From Epiperipatus broadwayi (taxonomy: Eukaryota > Animalia > Onychophora): a stretch of DNA of 64,000 nucleotides. The notes under the pieces were generated by a model. The model had not been told where the DNA came from. It saw only the letters and a list, made by a program, of their open reading frames with translations, and searched no databases. The stretch covers positions 30,194,001 through 30,258,000 of the forward strand of contig JAQFVV010000001.1 of NCBI GenBank assembly GCA_028023455.1, in the 5' to 3' direction. Both the position numbers and the translations under genes were made by a program. Positions 38,435 through 51,109 of the stretch are shown here, one piece after another (within the stretch, counting starts at the first letter, position 1; every line of letters starts with the position of its first letter).

Positions 38435-41365
38435 ATTTCATTGTTGTATTTTTATATTGGACTATTTCCACCATCTAATATGAGTATTGAATGTCTTTTA
38501 ATAAAATTTAACTTTATTTAAATATTCCAAATACATTCATGTTAGTAATAACACATCAAACCGGTTAGTATATGCACAATGTTTCGAGAGGTATTATTCG
38601 AACCTGGATCTTTAGATTCTTGAGTATTGAATTTTAAGGTAACACTCTAACCAACTGAGCTATCCTGCCAAAGGCAACAGTCATTAGTAATTTCATATAC
38701 TTATCTGTGAGATTTGTCCTGACCCTTTTTCCTAAGAGCAAAGTTGATTAGTGACTTCTATATATTATGTGTAGTTACACTAGGTAGGCTTATGGGATTT
38801 TTTGCCATTGTCATGTGAGTAACTGTTTAACATTTTTTTCTTTGTACCTTTTCTTCCCTATCCAATATTTTTATATTTTCCCAATTGAATATTTGTTCAT
38901 TGGCACATACATGGTCTGTTACCTTACACATACCTGTTTTCTTTTTTCTAATCATCAGTTTGTGTTCTTGTAACTGCTTTTCAATGGGATGGCTGGTCTC
39001 ACCAATTATATGTTCTTCCACATTCACATGGTATTTCATAGATGCAGTTTTTTTTTTCTTTTCAGCATTTCAAGTTTAGGCTTTGTAGATATTAGAATTT
39101 CTTGTAATGTGGTATGGCTCTGGAAAGCTGTTCTGATATTATACTGGTTGCAAATTTTCCTTAATTTGTCTGCTATTTTTGGAATGTATGGGTACACTAC
39201 AGTACCAATAATTGTTTTTTCTCTTGATGAGTCTTTTTGTTATCTATTTAATGTTTTCTTGATAACAGTGATGGATAATCATTTTTCATAAGAGTTTGTT
39301 CTATGTAGATCTTTTCTTTTTCCAAATCGCTGGTTTCTGAACAAACTTCTTTTACTCTGTTCCAGGTGATAGTATAACTCTATGTTTTGTGTTTCTGGTA
39401 TGATTGGATGTATAGGCTAGGTATTTTCCTGTATGGGTAGGTTTTCGGTAAACTAGTTTTGATTTTGCCATGAGGGAGACTTGTCACAAGAATATCTAAG
39501 AATGCCAATGTTTATTCTTGTTCTGATTCTGTTTGTGAATTTAATTGAAGGGGATATCTTGTTGATGTTTCCAGAAAGTTTGTATGATGTGCTTCACCAT
39601 GTGGCCATACAACAAATGTATCATCTACATAGCAAAGCCAAATTTTAGGTGGATACAGAATAGTTTTTATCGCTAAGGTTTCAAGTTCTTCTATGAAAAT
39701 ATTATTAATCAGGGGAGGCAATGATGAGCCCATAGCCATTCCTTGATTTTGTTGAAAGAATTCTGTGTTGTTTTGAAAGTAAGTTGTTTTTATGCAGAAT
39801 GTTAATAGCTCAATTATTCTATCAATAGGAAAACCTGTTTTGGTTTGTAAACTATTATCACCATTTAATCTTTTTCTTATAATAGACAATGCTTCTTCAC
39901 ATGGTACATTCATGAATAAACTTTTCACATCATAGTTTACCAGTAAGTCAGTTCTTTCAATTTTTATGTTCTTGACTAATAGAACTACTAACATTCTGCA
40001 TAAAAACAATCTACTTTCAATACAACCCAGCATTCTTTCAACAAAATCAAGAAATGGCTGAGATCAGCATTGTTTCTCCTGTTACCAATATTTATATCGA
40101 AGAACTTGAAATCTTAGCCATAAAAACTACTCCATATCCACCTAAAGTTTGTTTTTGCTATGTAATGGTACATTTGCTGTATGGCCACATGGTGGAGTAC
40201 TGCTACAAACTTTCTGGAAACACATCAACAACATATCCCCTTCAATTAAATTCACAATAGAATCACAATAAGAACAAACATTAGCATTCTTAAATGGTCT
40301 TGTGACAAGTCTCTCTCATAGCAAAATCAAAACTACAGTTTATCAAAAACCTACACATACCTAGCATATACATCCAATCATACTAGATATAAAACATGGT
40401 GTTGTACTATCACTATGGAACAGAGCAAAAGAAATTTGTTCAGAAACCAGCAATTTGGAAAAAGAAAAGATCTATACAAAATAAACTGTTATGAAAAATG
40501 GTTATCCATCAGCTGTTATTAAGAAAACATTAAATAGACAACAAAATGACCTGTCAATAGAAAAAACAAATATTGGTACTGTAGTGTACCCTTACATTCC
40601 AAAAATAGCAGACAAATTAAGGAAAATCTGCAATCAGTATAACATCAGAACAGCATTCCAGAGTTATACCACATTACAATGATTTCTAACATCTACAAAG
40701 CCTAAACTTGAAATGCTGAAAAGAAAATACTGCATCTATGAAATATCATGTGAATGCGGAAGAATATATATTGGTGAGATCAGTCATCCCATTGAAAAGT
40801 GCTTGCAAGTTTACAAACTGATGATTAGAAGAGAGAAAACATATGTCTAAGGTAGCAGACCATGTATGTGCCAATTAATGCATGTTCATTTGGGAAACAA
40901 AAATATTGGATAGGGAAGAAAAGGTGCAAAGAAGAAAATTTAAAGAAGCTGTTCACATGACAATGGCAAAAAATTCCCATAAACTAACCTAGGGTGATTG
41001 TACATAATGTATGGAAGCCACTAATTAACTTTGCTCTTAGGAAAAAATGTCAGGAGGAACCTCATAGATAAGTATATGAAATTACTACTGACTGTTACCT
41101 TTGGCAGGATGGCTCAGTTGGTTAGTGCGTTACTTTAAAATTCAATACTCAAGAATCTAAGGGTCCCGGTTCAAATCTCATGCTAGTATTGTCACTGGTC
41201 AGGCCAGCAACACCTGAGGAAGAGAGGAGGATAATACCTCTCAACATTGTGCATATACTAACCTGTTTGATATGCTATTACTAACAGTTGAATTCAATAA
41301 TGTTAAATTTTTCTGTAAAACATTTAATACTCAAATCAGATAATAATATAAAAATACAGCTGAAA
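38435..41365. mobile_element. Head-to-head Penelope element forming a palindrome of about 2.9 kb
   Basis: Minus arm RT (39512-40033: YDVKSLF, GMAMGSSL, YVDDTF); plus arm from about 40054 through GIY-YIG (CIYEISCECGRIYIGE) to the pLTR; arms are mutual reverse complements. Confidence 0.9.
41103..41186 (+). promoter_or_regulatory. tRNA-like segment (Pol III A and B boxes) inside the PLE terminal repeat
   Basis: GGCAGGA-TGGCTCAGTTGG (A box)...AATCTAAGGGTCCC-GGTTCAAATC (B box); mirror copy on the minus strand at 38597-38669 (TAGCTCAGTTGG, GGTTCGAA). Confidence 0.65.
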
Positions 41366-44300
41366 CACCATCATCACAAACCTTCAGGAAAACATTATTT
41401 CATTGTTGTTGTGTTTTTTTAAAGTTGTAGAATGAAATTTCTCTTTGAATCAGACAATATATGTAAGAAAAAATAAGTCATATTACAAAAGAGGTAGGAA
41501 GAGAAATTAAATGAATTGTTAAATTGGTTATTGTTTTAATAAGGATGGAATCAGCACTAAAATGAGGAAAATTAACTGTATCAGAGTTCTAATAGCATGG
41601 TGCTACTTTAGAATTTGTAGCAAGTTTAGAATGAAAATGAATACAAATAAAGTAAAAGCAATTTAAAGTAAATGTGGAAATAAAAGATAAAAAAGAATTA
41701 TTGGAAAATTTTAGAAAAGATTAATGCTTTTAAATATTTAAGAAACTAGTTAATAAATGACTTTTGAATGACTATTACAATATCTAAATAAGTGTTTGGC
41801 AAGAATAGAAGAGAGTTCTGTGCTTTATCAAAGTTATATTTAGAGAAGAAGAAGAAAAGATGGTACACTCTGTAAATATTGTTTGAAAGAGAATGAAATT
41901 AATAAGCTGAAAAGATATACTTACCAATATAGATTGTTGAAATAGATAATTTAAAAAAGGCATTTTATTATGAAACATATAGAATAAGATAATTGGATTA
42001 GACAAATACTTGAGATAGAGGAATTATGAAAGATAAGTAAGAAGGGACTACACAGTGAAGGGAAAAAGAGTTAATTGTAAATCTTAAAGTACAAAAATTT
42101 GAATATAGAGTAGAGTTAAGGTAGAAAGTCTTGACTAAATTATTCTAATTTATTGAGATAACTAATGATGATGAACTGTCTTAACATTACATATCAGTTA
42201 ACTTTTATGCATTATATATAAAATTTATTTGTTTTTGTGTTATCCCTTCACTAATAATTTTTTGCTTTAATGCTTTTTGATAACTTTTTGATTTAAAGTT
42301 TCTTTAATATTTATTTATGTTTTAGCATATTGATTTAAAAAATAATATTATTTATCATTAATTTCTTGTTTATTATTTTAAATTTTACTATATCTAATTA
42401 TTAAGATGTGATTTTAAAAAGTTTTAATAGAATATGTATTATAGTATTATACTAATCTTTGTTGTTGTCGTTTTTTAATATATATATATATATACATTAA
42501 GAATAATCATTGAATTAATGTGAAATGAAAAGCATGTGTTAATGAAAAACTAGAAAGACAAAACTTATTAACAAATAGCATACATAATAGTATCTCTAAC
42601 TTTCTGAAGTACTTCAATGAATTTTTGATAGAATTTAAAAAACATTTTAAAATGTCAATTGTTTGGAAATGGCTTAAATTTGAAATAGGTTAATAAAAAG
42701 ATAATAGCTAATTTACTAAGAACCGTTATTATAGATGGTAGGAATCTAGTTTCAAATAACAACTTTATTCACATATTAAGAAGATACATATGGATATCAT
42801 TTTACATCTTTCTTATTATAGGTTACATGCATACAAATGGGCAGTGGCTCTACAATGAAAACAATAAATAAGAAAAAAAACCAATGGTAAAAAAAAAAGG
42901 CCATCTGCCTGCCACAACTATAAAGGATTATATAGAAATAAGCTACTTAGGAATTATTTGTGTCAACTAATTGACCACCAAATTCAGAGTTTTAACAATA
43001 AATAACAACAAATGGAAAAAACTGGATTACATTAATGTAACAACTTTTAGACTCTGCATAGGAGTCTTTATATCCAGTTAATCAATCTTGCCATAACAGT
43101 CCAATAAACACCTAAGTGTTTTGATCTTTAGATTTCCAGTTGGTCCCATGTCTGACAGGCTAACCAGTGTTGGCATATTTTCCAATCATAGTCTTTGGTC
43201 TCACCAAATAACTTAAGAGAAAGCTCTTCTGGCCTATTATTCAATCCATTGTCAAAGACTATCTTATTTCACACTATCCATATAGTAAAATTTATAAAGG
43301 TGGCTAGTCTAATTTTACCATAAAGGCCACTCTTTACTGCCTTTGTAATATTTGTACATATATGGTAGGAATCTAAAAGCAGAAATTCAAAAAATTTTAT
43401 AGTGAAATAAGACAATTTATATTAGAAAAGAAAGTAGGTGAAAGGAGTTTAAAAATAATTTAATATGGAATTCTATCAAATTATATGAACAAAAGTTACT
43501 GATGATATAAGAAAATATAGCTGAATTGCCAAGGAAAACTATGGAAAGGAATAAAGATCTGAAAGATATAAAACTTTATTTTGGTATTAGACTATTGCAC
43601 ATTTATTATAAAGAGAGATGGCATCATTCAAGTTTTTAGAAGAATTTTATAAATAGCTATTTAATAAAGAAAGAGAAAAGTGTTAAATGAAGAAATATGA
43701 TATGCAACTAAGTTTATACAATGGAAAGACTCCAGAAAGTAATAAAATATAGACTTCAGCTGTCTTATATTTATTAAGAACATTAGAAATCATGTAGAGA
43801 TAATTTTGTTCTCAAATTAATGCATGAAACGATGGATTTAAAAATAGCACAATAAACTGCATTTACAGTATTAAATAAAACTATTGAAAATTTCAGTGAC
43901 ATCTAACAGCATTTTGTAATGAATTTATAGATTTAGAAAAGACATTTAGCTATAATTAAATCCTTGAAAAATCATGAGACTATACATCTTTTTGTAGAAA
44001 ACTACTTATTTCATGAAGTTTTATAAATAATTTTTTTTCCAATATCAAAAATTTTTTATTTTTATTTTTGAGACCTTTATTTTCTTCTACAGTTTTCTTT
44101 GTCATTTCACAGTTATATTTTCTTATGACATCAATAAATTTTTGTTCATATCATTGAAAAATCATGTAATTGTCTAATTCTGAGAAATATGTACCTAATG
44201 AAGCAGCACTAATTCGTTTTTATGATATAACAAGGTTAATATTAGTACAGAGATATAACTGTATTATTATATTTCCTAAAATCATTTGCAAACTTCTCCA

Positions 44301-45449
44301 AAATTTTGCAGCTCTTTTATAAGAAATATTTTGTGAAATAAAATGAGAAGCTGTTAAGTGTGAATAGAGTTGTAATCATTTGAATATTTTATATTGAAAT
44401 CAGCAATGCATTTAAAAAATCTTATTTGTATTCATTGAAGTATTTTAAGAAAAATAATATGATCAATTAAAGAGAAGTTGAATCATTTGCAAATATGTTT
44501 CTTTAGAATGTAAATTAGCTATATTTTTTTTTTTAAATAATTAATTAGATGAAGTGGAAATTTTTCTAATTTACATTGAATTGATCCATATTGATCTTGT
44601 ATTCAATGATATTAAAGTTTTTAGGGGGTCTAAGACTACAATGTAGTCTTTTTTATTGTTGTTTATCTTGACACTTTCAAAGTATTGGAATACTGTAATT
44701 GATGCAAATATAATGATTAATATAATAAAGCAACTCTTATTATTTTCTTGTTTAATGTAAATATATTTTTCATACAAATGATAATTTATTTAAATATTCA
44801 AGTTACTTTTATGTTTGTTTTTTTACTTCAAGCACATGAAAGGAGTGATTTAAAATTTTTAAATTAATATTATGAACATTTTTTATGTTTTAAATCCACA
44901 ATTGGCAAAAAAAAAAAAAAATTCTGACTGTTGAAACACATCAGTTTTTACCTTTAGTACATTAAATATTCTTTCTAAAATAAATTCATCACTGATGATT
45001 TTTTTTTATGTGTGTATGTGTGAGTATAACTTATGTATAGATGATCTAACTGTTTGTCTTTATCATCTGTATTAATAATGTTCACAATAGTATTCTTAGA
45101 CTGTCTTGATTTAAATTTCTCTTTATCACTTATATCATCTAACAATTTTTAGATGTTTGCTTTTTTCTAAAATGTATCTGTTCAAAATCATGAGGTTTGC
45201 AGATATGTTTCGGCATATTATAATGACTGCATATCAAGCATTTTTAGTAGGACATTCAGACACTGTATATATTTAGGATTATAACATTTAGAGCAGCCTA
45301 TTTGCTATTAACATATATACAATGTACATGAAAGTTTGTCAATGATGGAATGTAAGAATTATCCTCAACAATTTTCTAGAAGCTAATTTTAGTATAAACT
45401 CAAAGCTATTCATTCATATTTTTGGCTTCTGTTTTCGATTACTGTTTCA

Positions 45450-46380
45450 GTTTCAATATCTCAGAATTTTTTTTTTTCAAACCAAAATTTATATTATATA
45501 GATACTATATGATGAAATGAGAGAAAGTATTACCAAAGGTGACAAATCTGAAGCATTTAGAAAGAAAATTGGTGTTAAATAAGGAAATATACTTATTTTC
45601 AATTTCTATAACAATTGCTTTTGTAAATGTTTATAAATGACTGGATCAATATGTTATAGATTTGATCGTGGAATTTTTAATTTGCAATTACTGACCTAAC
45701 ATAGGAAATGGCTATTAATGAACAATGCAGAAAAAGGTTTTCTGCTTAGAAATCACAGTTCGTATAAATATGAATATAATAAAAATTATAATATCAAGGA
45801 ATATACAAAGGACCTTCAGAATATAGAATATAATTATAACAAAATCATTAATACTATAAGGAGGTGACAGTAAAATAAGAAACCCCCACTTGACAATAGG
45901 AGTCTAAAAAAATGATTAGTCTCTCTTATCCCAAAAGTTGCACATAAATTTAAAAAGATTTGTAAAGATAAATTCAATGTAAGCTTTTAGCATATCTGAC
46001 AATTAAATGGGCTCAACGTGGATATTTATATAACAGAGCCCTTAAAGAATATTTATCAATATTCTCTGACCACAAACAAAAACTAATCATAGATTTGAAT
46101 TGCAAAGGCTAAAATTATATGTATGGAGAGAGAGGACAGAAAGTGGAAAATGAAAGAGGCCTAGAGAATAGCAAGGGCCTGTTTTTCGATGAGTAGAAAG
46201 GCTACAAGCATCCCTATCAAAGAAATGGGGATATTGGAATAAATTTTAGTATTTTGAATAGCTACTTAATTACAACATATACACTAATACCAAGAAATCT
46301 AGAGTAATATTTCTATAAGTTATGAATATGATATACATGATGTATTGAAAGCATGCTAGGTACTAATAAAGCTGAATGGT
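45450..46380 (+). mobile_element. Decayed Penelope-like element of the 14 kb / 22 kb family
   Basis: RNHSSYKYEYNKNYNIKEYTKDLQNIEY (cf. RNHNLCKYE...ITDLRKIGH), YMYGE and SLSKKW, followed by the same hammerhead variant. Confidence 0.65.
46316..46363 (+). ncRNA. Variant hammerhead motif (A3-U8 core), decayed
   Basis: AUGAAUAU-GAUAUAC/AUGAU/GUAUU-GAAA-GCAUGC-UA-GGUAC; 5' strand of stem I degenerate. Confidence 0.5.
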
Positions 46381-46599
46381 ATTTTAAATTTACATTTTCT
46401 GCATATATGCTTATTAACGATAATTTATTAACTTGAATGTATTAAAACAAAATCATGAACTTAATTTTCTTGGTCTCGATTTGCAGTATGCTGATGAAGT
46501 GATATTTTTATGTGTTCAAAAGATGATTTTAGAATGTAGTTAATGTTTTGAATACAATATTTAAACATTTTGGATTAATAACTTACATTCAAAAAGCTC

Positions 46600-47270
46600 A
46601 AGCTTTTTATTAGTTAGTAATAGAAGATATATTATCAGCAACCTTTAGCTTGGATGATTATTAACTTGAGAATGTAAATCAATTTAAGTTTCTTGGTAGT
46701 ATAAATTTTATAAATAGGTGGATATAAATGTCGAGATACAACATAGATTCCAGTATGCTGCTGCTGTTTTTAACAAGTTAAAATTATTTTATCACAGAGA
46801 AATAACTACTGCAACTAACTTGTGTACAGAGCTGATATTTTACTAATTTATTGTATGGAAGTGAAACTTAGACACCCTGTCAACACAAGTAAAAAAAAGT
46901 TTTATTTAAGGGTGCTCTATAAAATCTTAAAAATACAATGGCAAGATTGTAAAACCTATTAATGTTTTTTTTACTTTGCTGAATGTGATGCTATAGAATC
47001 CATTATTGTAAAGACACAACTTTTGTTGGATTGGACAAGATTTTTAATAGGTTGCTTATAGTGAATTTGAGAATGGTTTTCATGGAGGAGGTAGATCCCA
47101 TCTATGTTACAATGATTAATCCAAACATATTTTTAAAACATGCATGATGGATGGTTTTCATGGAAGAGATAGATCCCATCTATGTTATAATGATTATCTG
47201 AAACATATTTTTTAAGACATGCACTACTGATTGTTTCCATTGAGAAAATGTGGTAGAGAATAGAATTTGG
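46600..47270 (+). mobile_element. Decayed RTE-like LINE 3' fragment with a 78-bp tandem duplication (47073-47223)
   Basis: LENVNQFKFLGSI and LYGSET motifs; duplicated atggttttcatgg...acatgca unit. Confidence 0.55.
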
Positions 47271-47673
47271 CACGAATTATTTCAGAAAAATAAATTTTCT
47301 GCAACAAAATTAAAAAACAACATCACAAAATATCAATAGATAGAAAAATGAATCAGCATGTATTATATATGGAGGTATGTAAGATTCATAGATTGTTTGT
47401 AGGGTCATTGCAAATACTTATCTACAAGAGACTACTATGTATATATGTGTTGTTTATTTAGTGGATTCATGAGAGATGTAACAGATTTTTTCCTATTAAT
47501 TGTCTTTTTTTTTCCTCTGCTCTTTGATGATCTTCTGTCATGATATATCCATATATTAGCTGAAATTTATAAACAAAAACATGTGATTTACTTTATTTAA
47601 GACATTTAAATACTCAGTCAATGATGACTATATAAAGTTTGTGCATTCTGTTCAAGCAATGAATTACATATAT

Positions 47674-47905
47674 ATATAAAATACATATTTTGCGGGTTCA
47701 TCCGTGTTAAAAACTTTTAATATTAATATACTGACGTTTCGACTTGGTCACACAAGCCATCCACAGAGTTATAAAAGGTAGAAAGACGGTTGTGGATGGC
47801 TTGTGTGACCAAGTCGAAACGTCAGTATATTAATATTAAAAGTTTTTAACACGGATGAACCCCCAAAATATATATTTTATATATTTAACCTGTGCAAATC
47901 TTCGT
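47674..47905. mobile_element. Young PLE pLTR palindrome inserted in (TA)n
   Basis: Near-perfect arms of about 92 bp (47674-47765 / 47791-47882), 25-nt spacer, CpGs retained; contains GGCUU/AAGUC-GAAACGUC; flanked by TA runs. Confidence 0.8.
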
Positions 47906-48439
47906 TTTAACATATATATATATAAAGATTTCTGGAAAATTTAATCACTATTTCCATTAACTATTCAATTTTTAAAAGTATTTGAAGTAATATCTCTTAT
48001 AGCCTTGAAATTTGATGTTGATTGAAGTCTTCACATTGGGAATTTTTATTTTGAATTGGACATAATAATTTTCCTTTACATTTTTTTTTTTTTAATTGAT
48101 GAATTTTTTTTTTTTTTTCGTATTTTCTGAGGGATAGCACTAAATGCTTAATGTCATTATTTCTTCTGGTCTATAATTATTAATACAAAGTTCATTTTTA
48201 ACATTGATTTTTTATATAATTAGCTCCCTTTTCTTTAGACATCAAGCTATATTGTGAAGTATTTAAAAAAATTGATTTGCCATTTACATTCAGATTGTGA
48301 TTGCCAGAATGCCTTTTTCCCTTAGATGATTTATAAAGAAACAGTATCTTTTGTATTAATATCATTGAATGTTTTTTTTTTTTTTTCACAATAAGGATGA
48401 AATGATATAGATTCAATAACTTTTATAGTCAATTTTATT

Positions 48440-49810
48440 AGCATACATGACAATTAAACAGTTGCAAACTCCATACACTAGTACCACCCAGTGCAAGTCT
48501 TAGTAATCAATGAATGCATGCTTTGTGTGTAAAATCCCTGTCTAGTGCCTACTCATCCAATATATCCAGACTAGTTTCCTAGCTTGTGTTTTTCATCAGT
48601 GAGGAGACTTGGATCTGAGAGCACTGCACCTAGATCTTAGGATCTAATGCAACCCTCCAGCAGTCACCATTTACCTATTTGGTTAACGATAAAACTATGA
48701 GCCCATATGAAAAATAATGTTATCAATCCAAGTTAATGTGCTTGTATGGTCAAATTGATCTGAACCCAATTCAGTATCTATATATTTTGATGTTTGGTTT
48801 TTTAAAAACCCTAGTCATCATCATCCTATTGGTAGGATTGGTATAAAATCTCTAAAACATCACATGATCACCATTTCCTATGCTTATATAAGCTGTTAAA
48901 ACAGTAGCAAACTTTCCATACAGTAGTCTCACTCAGGGGAAATCTCAGTATACTATTAATGAATGCAAGAAAGTTTGTGCATAAAACCCCTGTCTAGTGC
49001 CTTACTCATCCAATATCTCCAGATCTGCTTCTAGCTTGTGGCTTTCATCAATGAGAAGTCTTGAATCTGAGAGCACTGCATCCAATAATATCCAAATGTA
49101 TATAGATAATGAACTGGGTTCAGATTTATATAACTATGCAAATGAATCAGCTTGGATTGAAAACATCATAGATTTATAGCTTTATAGTTAACCAAATGGT
49201 ACAAAGTGGCTGTTGAAGGGTTGCATTAGATCTTATATATTTAGTTGATTCATATAATTTAAAGACTACTTTTTTTTAATTTCACCAATATTAATCAAAT
49301 TTCTACATAAATTTTGACTTTAAAAACAAAATATTCTAAAAAAGTGAAGTAATTTCAAATTTGTGATTCACAGGTCAAAATCCGCCAGTTTTTTTTTTTT
49401 TTGCATAATATGGCAACCAAATAATGAATGTTTCTATGCATTTTGATTTAAGTTTTACATTTTCACAGGTTTGTTTACATGTATATTTCTAATTGCTTTA
49501 ATTTATTTAAATGTATATTGTGTATTCATCTTGTACTCATAGTTTATAGTTATCCAAGTAGGTAAAATGTGGCTATTGGAGGGTTGCATTAGATCCTAAT
49601 ATCTAAGTGTATTATTCTCTCATCCAAGGTTTCTCACTGAAGAAAGCCACATGCTAGTTATTAGTCTGAAGATATTGGATCAGTGGGCACTGGGTATTTA
49701 TTTATTCACGAATCTTTTTGCATCCATTGATTAATAAGGCTTGAACTAGATGGCACTATTGTATATAAAGTTTGCTATTGTTTTTAACAATTTATGTTAG
49801 CATATGAAAT
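48440..49810. mobile_element. Second, older locus of the 450-nt hammerhead repeat family
   Basis: Direct units (ccatacaYtagt at about 48471 and 48917, period about 446 nt) plus inverted pieces at about 49110-49232 and 49535-49810; homologous to 23338-24396; hammerheads decayed. Confidence 0.85.
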
Positions 49811-51043
49811 GACAATTACTGAAAATCAAAGATCATATAATTTATTTTTCAAATTTGAACATGACCACTTTAACAATTGAAAGAGTTTATGGTTGGTTGG
49901 TTACTAAAAGAAACCTATCAGGCAGATTTGTCCATACAAACTATCCTGACGTGGAAAATTTTACTATGATTATTCTTCTTAGATGTATTGTAGTAGCAAT
50001 TATTTTGAATGTTGGGGCAAATTTATTCTATGATATGAATATTGTTTTTGTGTGGTACTGTTATTTTCAACTTCTATTCATTAAATGGGTGCAATCAAAT
50101 ATTGGCATATGAGAGAAGAATTATACATCTTCCGTAATATGTCCAATCATGTGATTTCAATACTAATTACAGAACTTTTTTTTTTTTTTTCGTCATGAAA
50201 AATGATACTCCTCAAAACCGTATTCAAATGTGATATAATTTTCTTCTTCACAGAATGCAAATAGTTATAGTCAAAATATCACATATATTACTATTATTTT
50301 TCAAATATATCAGTCGTATTTTTTTTTAGTATAAGATATTTAATCTTTCTCAAAAGTCACTGTTCCATATTTTAAATAGATGATCAGTGTGGTATTCTTG
50401 ATATATATATATATTGATCTGTTCTTTTAATTTTTTAAAACGGGTTAAATTTTTTATCTATTATTTTTAAATCTATTTTGTTTCACGTCTATTATTAAAT
50501 TATTATTAAAAAATCCTAACTTTTTCAATAAGTGTGAAATCAGAATTCATTAAGAGTTTTACTGTAACCAAAATGCTGATATTAATTATAACTTATAAGT
50601 TTGGATTAGTATTTTTTGGTTTCACTTAAATCTTCCTAAATAATATTTGTTAAATTATTTGTTTATTTTATCCAATTGCAGCTTATATAAAAGGAAATGA
50701 GAATATTCGGATATTTAAAATAGTAATTGTTTTTAATTTAGTGTACTTAATTGTTTATTAGCTTTTTCTTTTTTCATCTTTATAATTTTATTGTGTATAG
50801 TTTGGTGCACTGGTAGAATGACAAACTGAATTTTAGTGTCTTTACATCATGCCTTAGTGTTGTCACTTCTGGTGTTCAACTTCTTATGAATATTTGGACA
50901 ATAAGCCATTTGATTATTTTATATTTAACACTTTTTTTATATAAATATTTATTTCAGTGTCCATTTTTAAGTAATTAATAATGTATATGTTCATATAAAA
51001 TCATATTATCTGAAGTAAATTTATTATTATATTTTTTTTAAAG

Positions 51044-51109
51044 CTGGCTCATGGAGCAGACCCAACCATGAAAAATCAAGAAGGACAAACACCTCTTGAT
51101 TTAGCTTCA
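51044..51109 (+). CDS. Tnks: Tankyrase internal exon, ankyrin repeat
   Basis: ttttttaaag|...|gtaagt, 66 nt, [22 protein letters not shown]; direct continuation of CALL|LAHGAD as in tankyrases. Confidence 0.96.

Noticed and set aside
42950-43260. Possible minus-strand GIY-YIG remnant (FGETK...QH)
   Set aside because: Too short and degenerate to support a call.
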